Origin: Eledone cirrhosa
Taxonomy: Eukaryota
DNA: 64,000 nt
Assembly (NCBI GenBank): GCA_964016885.1
Contig: OZ024749.1
Coordinates: 11,904,001-11,968,000 of the forward strand
Direction: 5' to 3'
This document shows positions 40,721 to 52,800 of the stretch, one piece after another. Each line of letters opens with the position of its first letter. Position 1 is the first letter of the stretch. The translations under genes were made by a program, and so were the position numbers. Under the pieces are notes generated by a model. That model had not been told where the DNA came from. It searched no databases and worked only from the letters and a program-made list of their open reading frames with translations.

Positions 40721-41343
40721 GGTAAACTTTAGGTTTCACGTCGGAAATGAAATTTATTTTCATTTTCGATTCATTAAAAAATATTGTTTATCTGAATACA
40801 AAAAATGGTTGGACGACTACGTGCTCGCACTACGTTAGTTGATGATGTTATGGATACAAATGACATCCTTAATGAGAATATTACACTTCTTACTCTTATA
40901 CCTGCGATACACTGTGACAATATGTCCGTGTTACAGTGGCTGGCGAGACGGCGAGGCAGCCGCATCATCTCCGACGGTTGGGCTTCGTATGCTGAACTGG
41001 ATCAAATTGAAGGTGGGATTTACGTTCATGATGTTGTTGTGCACGGACGGAACTTTATAGATCCTGCGGACCCTGAAGTACACACCCAGCTAATAGAGAA
41101 CACGTGGATGCGTGCAAAAAAGAAGCTTCGTCGCCAGCATGGTACCAGCGCTGCTTTATTTCAATCGTATATTGCAGAATTTCTTTGGTGGCAGAGAGTT
41201 GGTGCCAACAAGTTTGGCGAGATGATAAACTGCATTGGAGCAATTTATATGGTGCAATAAACGTTTCAATGTGTTATTTTTTTGTTTCAACACACACAAA
41301 ATGAAAATAAATTTCATTTCCGACGTGAAACTTAAGGTTTACC
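40721..41343 (+). mobile_element. Internally deleted Merlin (IS1595/ISXO2-like) DNA transposon with 46-bp TIRs
   Basis: TIRs 40721-40766 and 41298-41343 (2 mismatches); direct repeat CCAACTGG at 40715-40722 and 41342-41349; transposase ORF inside. Confidence 0.9.
40805..41260 (+). CDS. 151-aa deleted Merlin transposase (N-terminus fused in frame to the C-terminal half of the DDE domain)
   Basis: GSRIISDGWASY, VVHGRNFIDP and HTQLIENTW..AK..QSYIAEFLW are ISXO2-like DDE motifs; ATG in AAAAATGG context; AATAAA overlaps the stop. Confidence 0.7.
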   Translation: MVGRLRARTTLVDDVMDTNDILNENITLLTLIPAIHCDNMSVLQWLARRRGSRIISDGWASYAELDQIEGGIYVHDVVVHGRNFIDPADPEVHTQLIENTWMRAKKKLRRQHGTSAALFQSYIAEFLWWQRVGANKFGEMINCIGAIYMVQ

Positions 41344-42139
41344 AACTGGGAATACAATTTTCAATCCTAAAATTAACCTCAAAACTAGAAATCGTGGTTG
41401 AAAGGGCGTTAGTGCATTTCTGTCAAATCACCGTTGGATTATTTGTTATAAAAATGAGAGTTAAAGATTTGTGTTTGCTTTAGGAATTTGCTAGTTCCCT
41501 GATGAAAAGCAAGGTTTCTAGCAAATAAGATGAAAACTGAAGATATTTATTACTGAAACGTGTTTGGAAAGTTGTGTTACAAGGGAGAAAAAACTTGTGA
41601 AATTATAGATCTGAGACAGGTGCTGTGGTTAGGGCCGCCTTGAAGGACATATTTATAGATAGATTTATAATTTATTTACAATTGTATAACATTACAAATT
41701 ATTTATAATTCTTACAGAATGAAAATAGACACAAATATAATATAATAATTAACAAATATATAAGATTAAATAGAAGAGGAAGAAAGGGAGAAGCTAAATT
41801 ATTGTCAATGTGTACCTGTAATTTATTGTCAATGTGTGCGGTAATACTACCTTTATACGTTAATAAAACATTAAAGAAACGAAATAAAATGTTAAAACTC
41901 TACCAAATGGTTTGACCGAAATATTTATAAAACAACAAAGTCTTCGGTAAGTTTATAAGAAAAATGAAAATAGATTCCCTCCTTTTATATATTGAAGAAA
42001 ACACATGAGTGGTTAATGAAATGGCTAAATAAAGATTGAACAGGAAATAACATTGAATAATAAATAACTGGAGAGGGTTCGGGAGAAATTATTTAGACCA
42101 AAAAATACTTTTAATTTAGTGTTAATTCGAACTACTTAC

Positions 42140-42224
42140 TTGCGTTACATCTTAACGAGGTGAAGGTTAATAAAAGAAATATAGAAAGTGTAAACCATCG
42201 CAAGTCCAACAGGTGTGGCGCCAT
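42140..42224 (-). CDS. Coding exon 1 (85 bp, signal peptide) of the same gene; absent from the ORF track
   Basis: caaagATGGCG start; MAPHLLDLRWFTLSIFLLLTFTSLRCNA has a hydrophobic core and a C-N-A cleavage-type motif; donor GCAA|GTAAGT in phase 1, matching exon 2. Confidence 0.85.
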
Positions 42225-42385
42225 CTTTGTATCTAATCAGGTCAATTTACCTTCATCGGATAAAGACAGGAAGATAAGTGGTTTGTTTTTTATTTACTTA
42301 CCTGTGCTGCCACCTATACAGGTTAATTCAACAATCGCACCTTAATTGATAACAGGAAATAAACGACGTTGCTTTGACGCTACAC
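42225..42385 (-). promoter_or_regulatory. Putative 5' UTR/proximal promoter of the minus-strand gene
   Basis: Unique sequence upstream of the ATG with a YY1/Kozak-like AAGATGGCG, two ETS-like ACAGGAA(G/A) sites and a perfect CAG|GTAAGT donor at 42304-42296; positional inference only. Confidence 0.4.
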
Positions 42386-42550
42386 ACACATATATAGAGT
42401 ATATATTTATATATACACTATATATATATCCAGTATACATTTATATATACACTATATATATATACAGTATACATTTATATATATATTGTTATTACTATAT
42501 ATATTTATATATATATTGTTATTACTATATATATAGGTATATATATAGTA
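42381..42550. repeat. Degenerate (TA)n-rich microsatellite
   Basis: TATATA-dominated tract with short internal duplications. Confidence 0.9.
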
Positions 42551-43662
42551 ATAACAGAACCCAGATCCCCTCAGGGAAATGGCCTTGCTCAGTATGTAGG
42601 AAAGGTGTAGGTAGGAACTCCATTCTCTGCCCCAAATGCAAACAATGGGTACACAAGAGATGTAGCGGGATCTCAGGAAGCTTAATTAAGAATGTAGGAT
42701 TCACATGCAGCAGCTGTGCTGAAACAGCAAGCAAACAGCCACAGGAAACAAGTACCACCAATCTCTGGGAGGGCCCTGTAGAAACAGTAGACAGCTTCTG
42801 CTACCTAGGTGACAGAATTAGCAACGGAGGTGGGTGTTCAGAAAGTACTATAACTAGGGTAAGAACGGGATGGAAGAAGTTTAGGGAACTACTACCACTG
42901 CTAGCTGCAAAAGGCTTCTCCCTCAGAATGAAAGGCAGACTGTATGATGCGTGTATCCGAACAGCGATGTTGCATGGTAGTGAGACCTGGGCGCTGAAGG
43001 TGGAAGACTTACGTAGCCTGCATGCTCCGATGGATGTGTAACAGTAATATACGTGAACGACAAAGCATAAAGGAATTGAGAGAGAGACTGAGCATAAGAG
43101 GAATCAAATGCTGCGTGCAGGAGAGGCGGTTACGCTGGTATGGACATGTGATGCGTATGAAGGATGACAGCTGCATAAAAAGGTGCAGAGCACTAGAAGT
43201 TGATGGAAACCGCGGCGTGGGGAGACCCAAGATGACTTGGGATGAGGTGATAAAAGCCGACCTTACCCAACTACACCTCTCAAAGACAATGACACACGAC
43301 CGTGACTTCTGGCGTCACGCAGTAATACAGGGTACCCGACCTCCCATGGGTACATGCTGAAGCATATAAACAATATGCCCCCACTCCCCCCACCGCAAGG
43401 TGGTCGTGGAGGTGCCACAGCAAAAAAGCACCCAGCCCACACTGTAAAGTGGACGTGTAGGCGCCACGAAAAAGCACCCAGCACTCACTGTAAATGAGGT
43501 TGGTGTTAGGAAGGGCATCCAGCTGTAGAAATCAAGCCAGATCAGTTCCTGTATGAGCAAGGCATGGTCAGCCGACCAGACACTGCCCACAACAGGACAA
43601 CCCGTCTAACCCATGCTAGCGTGGAAGAACGGACGTAAAACGGTGATGATGATGATGATGAT
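42551..43662 (+). mobile_element. Second 5'-truncated PHD-containing RTE LINE copy; (GAT)n tail
   Basis: KWPCSVCRKGVGRNSILCPKCKQWVHKRC, FCYLG, HGSETW, RRLRWYGHVMR, GRPKMTW; frameshifting deletion near 43020; tail at 43645-43662. Confidence 0.92.
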
Positions 43663-43804
43663 ATATACAGTATATGTCCAGCCTTAACTTCTACAAGGCT
43701 AACTGGAAAAAGATCTGGAAGCAAATATGAAGCGACAACATCACCGCAAAAGACACCGACACATTTTCAACACTTCATGACAACAATACAAACTATATTC
43801 CATA

Positions 43805-46800
43805 AGTGGTGTCAGTGGTGTGTTGGAGTGATGTCAGTGGTATGTTGAAGTGGTGCCAGTGGTGTGTTGGAGTGGTGCCAGTGGTGTGTTGGAGTGATGT
43901 CAGTGGTATGTTGGAGTGATGTCAGTGGTATGTTGAAGTGGTGCCAGTGGTGTGTTGAAGTGGTGCCAGTGGTGTGTTGAAGTGGTGTCAGTGGTGTGTT
44001 GGAGTGGTGCCAGTGGTGTGTTGGAGTGGTGCCAGTGGTGTGTTGAAGTGGTGCCAGTGGTGTGTTGAAGTGGTGTCAGTGGTGTGTTGAAGTGGTGTCA
44101 GTGGTGTGTTGGAGTGGTGTCAGTGGTGTGTTGGAGTGGTGCCAGTGGTGTGTTGAAGTGGTGCCTGTGGTGTGTTGGAGTGGTGTCAGTGGTGTGTTGG
44201 AGTGGTGCCAGTGGTGTGTTGAAGTGGTGCCAGTGGTGTGTTGAAGTGGTGTCAGTGGTGTGTTGAAGTGGTGTGTTGGAGTGGTGCCAGTGGTGTGTTG
44301 AAGTGGTGCCTGTGGTGTGTTGGAGTGGTGTCAGTGGTGTGTTGGAGTGGTGCCAGTGGTGTGTTGAAGTGATAACAGTGGTGTGTTGGAGTGGTGCAAG
44401 TGGTGTGTTGGAGTGGTGTGTTGGAGTGGTGTCAGTGGTGTGTTGGAGTGGTGCCAGTGGTGTGTTGGAGTGGTGCAAGTGGTGTGTTGGAGTGGTGTCA
44501 GTGGTGTGTTGGAGTGGTGCCAGTGGTGTGTTGGAGTGATGTCAGTGGTGTGTTGGAGTGGTGCCAGTGGTGTGTTGGAGTGGTGCAAGTGGTGTGTTGA
44601 AGTGGTGTCAGTGGTGTTTTGGAGTGGTGTGTTGAAGTGGTGTCAGTGGTGTGTTGGAGTGGTGTGTTGGAGTGGTGCCAGTGGTGTGTTGGAGTGATGT
44701 CAGTGGTGTGTTGGAGTGATGTCAGTGGTGTGTTGGAGTGGTGCCAGTGGTGTGTTGGAGTGGTGCAAGTGGTGTGTTGAAGTGGTGTCAGTGGTGTTTT
44801 GGAGTGGTGTGTTGAAGTGGTGTCAGTGGTGTGTTGGAGTGGTGTGTTGGAGTGGTAACAGTGGTGTGTTGGAGTGGTGCAAGTGGTGTGTTGGAGTGGT
44901 GTCAGTGGTGTGTTGGAGTGGTGCCAGTGGTGTGTTGGAGTGATGTCAGTGGTGTGTTGGAGTGGTGCCAGTGGTGTGTTGGAGTGGTGCAAGTGGTGTG
45001 TTGAAGTGGTGTCAGTGGTGTTTTGGAGTGGTGTGTTGAAGTGGTGTCAGTGGTGTGTTGGAGTGGTGTCAGTGGTGTGTTGGAGTGGTGCCTGTGGTGT
45101 GTTGGAGTGGTGCCTGTGGTGTGTTGGAGTGGTGTCAGTGGTGTGTTGGAGTGGTGCCTGTGGTGTGTTGGAGTGGTGCCTGTGGTGTGTTGGAGTGGTG
45201 CCTGTGGTGTGTTGGAGTGGTGTCAGTGGTGTGTTGGAGTGGTGCCTGTGGTGTGTTGGAGTGGTGCCTGTGGTGTGTTGGAGTGGTGTCAGTGGTGTGT
45301 TGAAGTGGTGTCAGTAGTGTGTTGGAGTGGTGTCAGTGGTGTGTTGCCTGTGGTGTGTTGGAGTGGTGTCAGTGGTGTCAGTAGTGTGTTGGAGTGGTGT
45401 CAGTGGTGTGTTGGAGTGGTGCCTGTGGTGTGTTGGAGTGGTGTCAGTGGTGTGTTGAAGTGGTGCCAGTGGTGTGTTGGAGTGGTGCCAGTGGTGTGTT
45501 GGAGTGGTGCCTGTGGTGTGTTGAAGTGGTGTGTTGAAGTGGTGCCAGTGGTGTGTTGGAGTGGTGCCAGTGGTGTGTTGAAGTGGTGACAGTGGTGTGT
45601 TGAAGTGGTGCCAGTGGTGTGTTGGAGTGGTGCCAGTGGTGTGTTGAAGTGGTGCCTGTGGTGTGTTGGAGTGGTGCCTGTGGTGTGTTGGAGTGGTGTC
45701 AGTGGTGTGTTGAAGTGGTGTCAGTAGTGTGTTGGAGTGGTGTCAGTGGTGTGTTGAAGTGGTGTCAGTGGTGTGTTGAAGTGGTGCCAGTGGTGTGTTG
45801 AAGTGGTGTCAGTGGTGTGTTGAAGTGGTGCCAGTGGTGTGTTGAAGTGGTGCCAGTGGTTTGTTGGAGTGGTGTCAGTGGTGTGTTGAAGTGGTGCCAG
45901 TGGTGTGTTGAAGTGGTGCCAGTGGTGTGTTGAAGTGGTGCCAGTGGTGTGTTGGAGTGGTGTGTTGAAGTGGTGCCAGTGGTGTGTTGGAGTGGTGTGT
46001 TGAAGTGGTGCCAGTGGTGTGTTGGAGTGGTGTCAGTGGTGTGTTGAAGTGGTGCCAGTGGTGTGTTGAAGTGGTGTCAGTGGTGTGTTGGAGTGGTGTC
46101 AGTGGTGTGTTGAAGTGGTGCCAGTGGTGTGTTGAAGTGGTGCCAGTGGTGTGTTGTAGTGGTGTGTTGAAGTGGTGCCAGTGGTGTGTTGGAGTGGTGT
46201 TAGTGGTGTGGTGAAGTGGTGTGTTGAAGTGGTGTGTTGGAGTGGTGTCAGTGGTGTGTTGAAGTGGTGCCAGTGGTGTGTTGGAGTGGTGTCAGTGGTG
46301 TGTTGAAGTGGTGTCAGTGGTGTGTTGGAGTGGTGTCAGTGGTGTGTTGAAGTGGTGCCAGTGGTGTGTTGGAGTGGTGTCAGTGGTGTGTTGGAGTGGT
46401 GAAGTGGTGTCAGTGGTGTGTTGAAGTGGTGCCAGTGGTGTGTTGAAGTGGTGCCAGTGGTGTGTTGGAGTGGTGTCAGTGGTGTGGTGAAGTGGTGCAA
46501 GCGGTGTGTTGAAGTGGTGCCAGTGGTGTGTTGGAGTGGTGTCAGTGGTGTGTTGAAGTGGTGCAAGCGGTGTGTTGGAGTGGTGTCAGTGGTGTGTTGG
46601 AGTGGTGAAGTGGTGTCAGTGGTGTGTTGAAGTGGTGCCAGTGGTGTGTTGAAGTGGTGCCAGTGGTGTGTTGGAGTGATGTCAGTGGTGTGTTGAAGTG
46701 GTGTGTTGGAGTGGTGTCAGTGGTGTGTTGAAGTGGTGTGTTGGAGTGGTGTCAGTGGTGTGTTGGAGTGGTGCCAGTGGTGTGTTGAAGTGGTGTGTTG

Positions 46801-49800
46801 AAGTGGTGCCAGTGGTTTGTTGGATTGGTGCCAGTGGTGTGTTGGAGTGGTGTGTTGAAGTGGTGTCAGTGGTGTGTTGGAGTGGTGTCAGTGGTGTGTT
46901 GAAGTGGTGCCAGTGGTGTGTTGAAGTGGTGTCAGTGGTGTGTTGAAGTGGTGCCAGTGGTGTGTTGGAGTGGTGCAAGTGGTGTGTTGAAGTGGTGCCA
47001 GTGGTGTGTTGGATTGGTGCCAGTGGTGTGTTGGAGTGGTGTGTTGAAGTGGTGTCAGTGGTGTGTTGAAATGGTGTCAGTGGTGTGTTGAAGTGGTGTC
47101 AGTGGTGTGTTGAAGTGGTGCCAGTGTTGTGTTGAAGTGGTGTCAGTGGTGTGTTGAAGTGGTGTCAGTGGTGTGTTGAAGTGGTGTCAGTGGTGTGTTG
47201 AAGTGGTGTCAGTGGTGTGTTGAAGTGGTGTCAGTGGTGTGTTGAAGTGGTGTCAGTGGTGTGTTGGAGTGGTGCCAGTGGTGTGTTGGAGTGGTGTGTT
47301 GAAGTGGTGTCAGTGGTGTGTTGGAGTGGTGTGTTGAAGTGGTGTCAGTGGTGTGGTGCCAGTGGTGTGTTGGAGTGGTGCCAGTGGTGTGTTGGAGTGG
47401 TGTGTTGAAGTGGTGTCAGTGGTGTGTTGGAGTGGTGTGTTGAAGTGGTGTCAGTGGTGTGTTGAAGTGGTGTCAGTGGTGTGTTGAAGTGGTGTCAGTG
47501 GTGTTTTGAAGTGGTGCCAGTGGTGTGTTGAAGTGGTGTCAGTGGTGTGTTGAAGTGGTGCGTTGGAGTGGTGTGTTGAAGTGGTGTCAGTGGTGTGTTG
47601 AAGTGGTGTCAGTGGTGTGTTGAAGTGGTGCCAGTGGTGTGTTGAAGTGGTGCCAGTGGTGTGTTGAAGTGGTGCCAGTGGTGTGTTGGAGTGGTGCCAG
47701 TGGTGTGTTGAAGTGGTGCCAGTGGTGTGTTGAAGTGGTGCCAGTGGTGTGTTGAAGTGGTGTCAGTGGTGTGTTGAAGTGGTGTCAGTGGTGTGTTGAA
47801 GTGGTGCCAGTGGTGTGTTGGAGTGGTGTGTTGAAGTGGTGTGTTGAAGTGGTGTCAGTGGTGTGTTGAAGTGGTGCGTTGGAGTGGTGTGTTGAAGTGG
47901 TGTCAGTGGTGTGTTGAAGTGGTGTCAGTGGTGTGTTGAAGTGGTGCCAGTGGTGTGTTGAAGTGGTGCCAGTGGTGTGTTGAAGTGGTGCCAGTGGTGT
48001 GTTGGAGTGGTGCCAGTGGTGTGTTGAAGTGGTGCCAGTGGTGTGTTGGAGTGGTGTGTTGAAGTGGTGTCAGTGGTGTGTTGAAGTGGTGTCAGTGGTG
48101 TGTTGAAGTGGTGTCAGTGGTGTGTTGAAGCGGTGCCAGTGGTGTGTTGGAGTGGTGTCAGTGGTGTGTTGAAGTGGTGCCAGTGGTGTGTTGAAGTGGT
48201 GCCAGTGGTGTGTTGGAGTGGTGTCAGTGGTGTGTTGAAGTGGTGCCAGTGGTGTGTTGGAGTGGTGTGGTGAAGTGGTGTGTTGAAGTGGTGCCAGTGG
48301 TGTGTTGGAGTGGTGCCAGTGGTGTGTTGAAGTGGTGACAGTGGTGTGTTGAAGTGGTGCCAGTGGTGTGTTGGAGTGGTGCCAGTGGTGTGTTGAAGTG
48401 GTGCCTGTGGTGTGTTGGAGTGGTGCCTGTGGTGTGTTGGAGTGGTGTCAGTGGTGTGTTGAAGTGGTGTCAGTAGTGTGTTGGAGTGGTGTCAGTGGTG
48501 TGTTGAAGTGGTGTCAGTGGTGTGTTGAAGTGGTGCCAGTGGTGTGTTGAAGTGGTGTCAGTGGTGTGTTGAAGTGGTGCCAGTGGTGTGTTGAAGTGGT
48601 GCCAGTGGTTTGTTGGAGTGGTGTCAGTGGTGTGTTGAAGTGGTGCCAGTGGTGTGTTGAAGTGGTGCCAGTGGTGTGTTGAAGTGGTGCCAGTGGTGTG
48701 TTGGAGTGGTGTGTTGAAGTGGTGCCAGTGGTGTGTTGGAGTGGTGTGTTGAAGTGGTGCCAGTGGTGTGTTGGAGTGGTGTCAGTGGTGTGTTGAAGTG
48801 GTGCCAGTGGTGTGTTGAAGTGGTGTCAGTGGTGTGTTGGAGTGGTGTCAGTGGTGTGTTGAAGTGGTGCCAGTGGTGTGTTGAAGTGGTGCCAGTGGTG
48901 TGTTGTAGTGGTGTGTTGAAGTGGTGTCAGTGGTGTGTTGGAGTGGTGTCAGTGGTGTGTTGGAGTGGTGCCAGTGGTGTGTTGAAGTGGTGCCTGTGGT
49001 GTGTTGGAGTGGTGTCAGTGGTGTGTTGGAGTGGTGCCAGTGGTGTGTTGAAGTGGTGCCAGTGGTGTGTTGAAGTGGTGTCAGTGGTGTGTTGAAGTGG
49101 TGTGTTGGAGTGGTGCCAGTGGTGTGTTGAAGTGGTGCCTGTGGTGTGTTGGAGTGGTGTCAGTGGTGTGTTGGAGTGGTGCCAGTGGTGTGTTGAAGTG
49201 ATAACAGTGGTGTGTTGGAGTGGTGCAAGTGGTGTGTTGGAGTGGTGTGTTGGAGTGGTGTCAGTGGTGTGTTGGAGTGGTGCCAGTGGTGTGTTGGAGT
49301 GGTGCAAGTGGTGTGTTGGAGTGGTGTCAGTGGTGTGTTGGAGTGGTGCCAGTGGTGTGTTGGAGTGATGTCAGTGGTGTGTTGGAGTGGTGCCAGTGGT
49401 GTGTTGGAGTGGTGCAAGTGGTGTGTTGAAGTGGTGTCAGTGGTGTTTTGGAGTGGTGTGTTGAAGTGGTGTCAGTGGTGTGTTGGAGTGGTGTGTTGGA
49501 GTGGTGCCAGTGGTGTGTTGGAGTGATGTCAGTGGTGTGTTGGAGTGATGTCAGTGGTGTGTTGGAGTGGTGCCAGTGGTGTGTTGGAGTGGTGCAAGTG
49601 GTGTGTTGAAGTGGTGTCAGTGGTGTTTTGGAGTGGTGTGTTGAAGTGGTGTCAGTGGTGTGTTGGAGTGGTGTGTTGGAGTGGTAACAGTGGTGTGTTG
49701 GAGTGGTGCAAGTGGTGTGTTGGAGTGGTGTCAGTGGTGTGTTGGAGTGGTGCCAGTGGTGTGTTGGAGTGATGTCAGTGGTGTGTTGGAGTGGTGCCAG

Positions 49801-52800
49801 TGGTGTGTTGGAGTGGTGCAAGTGGTGTGTTGAAGTGGTGTCAGTGGTGTTTTGGAGTGGTGTGTTGAAGTGGTGTCAGTGGTGTGTTGGAGTGGTGTCA
49901 GTGGTGTGTTGGAGTGGTGCCTGTGGTGTGTTGGAGTGGTGCCTGTGGTGTGTTGGAGTGGTGTCAGTGGTGTGTTGGAGTGGTGCCTGTGGTGTGTTGG
50001 AGTGGTGCCTGTGGTGTGTTGGAGTGGTGCCTGTGGTGTGTTGGAGTGGTGTCAGTGGTGTGTTGGAGTGGTGCCTGTGGTGTGTTGGAGTGGTGCCTGT
50101 GGTGTGTTGGAGTGGTGTCAGTGGTGTGTTGAAGTGGTGTCAGTAGTGTGTTGGAGTGGTGTCAGTGGTGTGTTGCCTGTGGTGTGTTGGAGTGGTGTCA
50201 GTGGTGTCAGTAGTGTGTTGGAGTGGTGTCAGTGGTGTGTTGGAGTGGTGCCTGTGGTGTGTTGGAGTGGTGTCAGTGGTGTGTTGAAGTGGTGCCAGTG
50301 GTGTGTTGGAGTGGTGCCAGTGGTGTGTTGGAGTGGTGCCTGTGGTGTGTTGAAGTGGTGTGTTGAAGTGGTGCCAGTGGTGTGTTGGAGTGGTGCCAGT
50401 GGTGTGTTGAAGTGGTGACAGTGGTGTGTTGAAGTGGTTCCAGTGGTGTGTTGGAGTGGTGCCAGTGGTGTGTTGAAGTGGTGCCTGTGGTGTGTTGGAG
50501 TGGTGCCTGTGGTGCGTTGGAGTGGTGTCAGTGGTGTGTTGAAGTGGTGTCAGTAGTGTGTTGGAGTGGTGTCAGTGGTGTGTTGAAGTGGTGTCAGTGG
50601 TGTGTTGAAGTGGTGCCAGTGGTGTGTTGAAGTGGTGTCAGTGGTGTGTTGAAGTGGTGCCAGTGGTGTGTTGAAGTGGTGCCAGTGGTGTGTTGGAGTG
50701 ATGTCAGTGGTGTGTTGAAGTGGTGTGTTGGAGTGGTGTCAGTGGTGTGTTGAAGTGGTGTGTTGGAGTGGTGTCAGTGGTGTGTTGGAGTGGTGCCAGT
50801 GGTGTGTTGAAGTGGTGTGTTGAAGTGGTGCCAGTGGTTTGTTGGATTGGTGCCAGTGGTGTGTTGGAGTGGTGTGTTGAAGTGGTGTCAGTGGTGTGTT
50901 GGAGTGGTGTCAGTGGTGTGTTGAAGTGGTGCCAGTGGTGTGTTGAAGTGGTGTCAGTGGTGTGTTGAAGTGGTGCCAGTGGTGTGTTGGAGTGGTGCAA
51001 GTGGTGTGTTGAAGTGGTGCCAGTGGTGTGTTGGATTGGTGCCAGTGGTGTGTTGGAGTGGTGTGTTGAAGTGGTGTCAGTGGTGTGTTGAAATGGTGTC
51101 AGTGGTGTGTTGAAGTGGTGTCAGTGGTGTGTTGAAGTGGTGCCAGTGTTGTGTTGAAGTGGTGTCAGTGGTGTGTTGAAGTGGTGTCAGTGGTGTGTTG
51201 AAGTGGTGTCAGTGGTGTGTTGAAGTGGTGTCAGTGGTGTGTTGAAGTGGTGTCAGTGGTGTGTTGAAGTGGTGTCAGTGGTGTGTTGGAGTGGTGCCAG
51301 TGGTGTGTTGGAGTGGTGTGTTGAAGTGGTGTCAGTGGTGTGTTGGAGTGGTGTGTTGAAGTGGTGTCAGTGGTGTGGTGCCAGTGGTGTGTTGGAGTGG
51401 TGCCAGTGGTGTGTTGGAGTGGTGTGTTGAAGTGGTGTCAGTGGTGTGTTGGAGTGGTGTGTTGAAGTGGTGTCAGTGGTGTGTTGAAGTGGTGTCAGTG
51501 GTGTGTTGAAGTGGTGTCAGTGGTGTTTTGAAGTGGTGCCAGTGGTGTGTTGAAGTGGTGTCAGTGGTGTGTTGAAGTGGTGCGTTGGAGTGGTGTGTTG
51601 AAGTGGTGTCAGTGGTGTGTTGAAGTGGTGTCAGTGGTGTGTTGAAGTGGTGCCAGTGGTGTGTTGAAGTGGTGCCAGTGGTGTGTTGAAGTGGTGCCAG
51701 TGGTGTGTTGGAGTGGTGCCAGTGGTGTGTTGAAGTGGTGCCAGTGGTGTGTTGAAGTGGTGCCAGTGGTGTGTTGAAGTGGTGTCAGTGGTGTGTTGAA
51801 GTGGTGTCAGTGGTGTGTTGAAGTGGTGCCAGTGGTGTGTTGGAGTGGTGTGTTGAAGTGGTGTGTTGAAGTGGTGTCAGTGGTGTGTTGAAGTGGTGCG
51901 TTGGAGTGGTGTGTTGAAGTGGTGTCAGTGGTGTGTTGAAGTGGTGTCAGTGGTGTGTTGAAGTGGTGCCAGTGGTGTGTTGAAGTGGTGCCAGTGGTGT
52001 GTTGAAGTGGTGCCAGTGGTGTGTTGGAGTGGTGCCAGTGGTGTGTTGAAGTGGTGCCAGTGGTGTGTTGGAGTGGTGTGTTGAAGTGGTGTCAGTGGTG
52101 TGTTGAAGTGGTGTCAGTGGTGTGTTGAAGTGGTGTCAGTGGTGTGTTGAAGCGGTGCCAGTGGTGTGTTGGAGTGGTGTCAGTGGTGTGTTGAAGTGGT
52201 GCCAGTGGTGTGTTGAAGTGGTGCCAGTGGTGTGTTGGAGTGGTGTCAGTGGTGTGTTGAAGTGGTGCCAGTGGTGTGTTGGAGTGGTGTGGTGAAGTGG
52301 TGTGTTGAAGTGGTGCCAGTGGTGTGTTGGAGTGGTGCCAGTGGTGTGTTGAAGTGGTGACAGTGGTGTGTTGAAGTGGTGCCAGTGGTGTGTTGGAGTG
52401 GTGCCAGTGGTGTGTTGAAGTGGTGCCTGTGGTGTGTTGGAGTGGTGCCTGTGGTGTGTTGGAGTGGTGTCAGTGGTGTGTTGAAGTGGTGTCAGTAGTG
52501 TGTTGGAGTGGTGTCAGTGGTGTGTTGAAGTGGTGTCAGTGGTGTGTTGAAGTGGTGCCAGTGGTGTGTTGAAGTGGTGTCAGTGGTGTGTTGAAGTGGT
52601 GCCAGTGGTGTGTTGAAGTGGTGCCAGTGGTTTGTTGGAGTGGTGTCAGTGGTGTGTTGAAGTGGTGCCAGTGGTGTGTTGAAGTGGTGCCAGTGGTGTG
52701 TTGAAGTGGTGCCAGTGGTGTGTTGGAGTGGTGTGTTGAAGTGGTGCCAGTGGTGTGTTGGAGTGGTGTGTTGAAGTGGTGCCAGTGGTGTGTTGGAGTG

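Noticed and set aside
42346-43041. 231-aa Tyr/Ile-rich zinc-finger protein
   Set aside because: Chance read-through of a TA microsatellite into a truncated RTE; TTG start.
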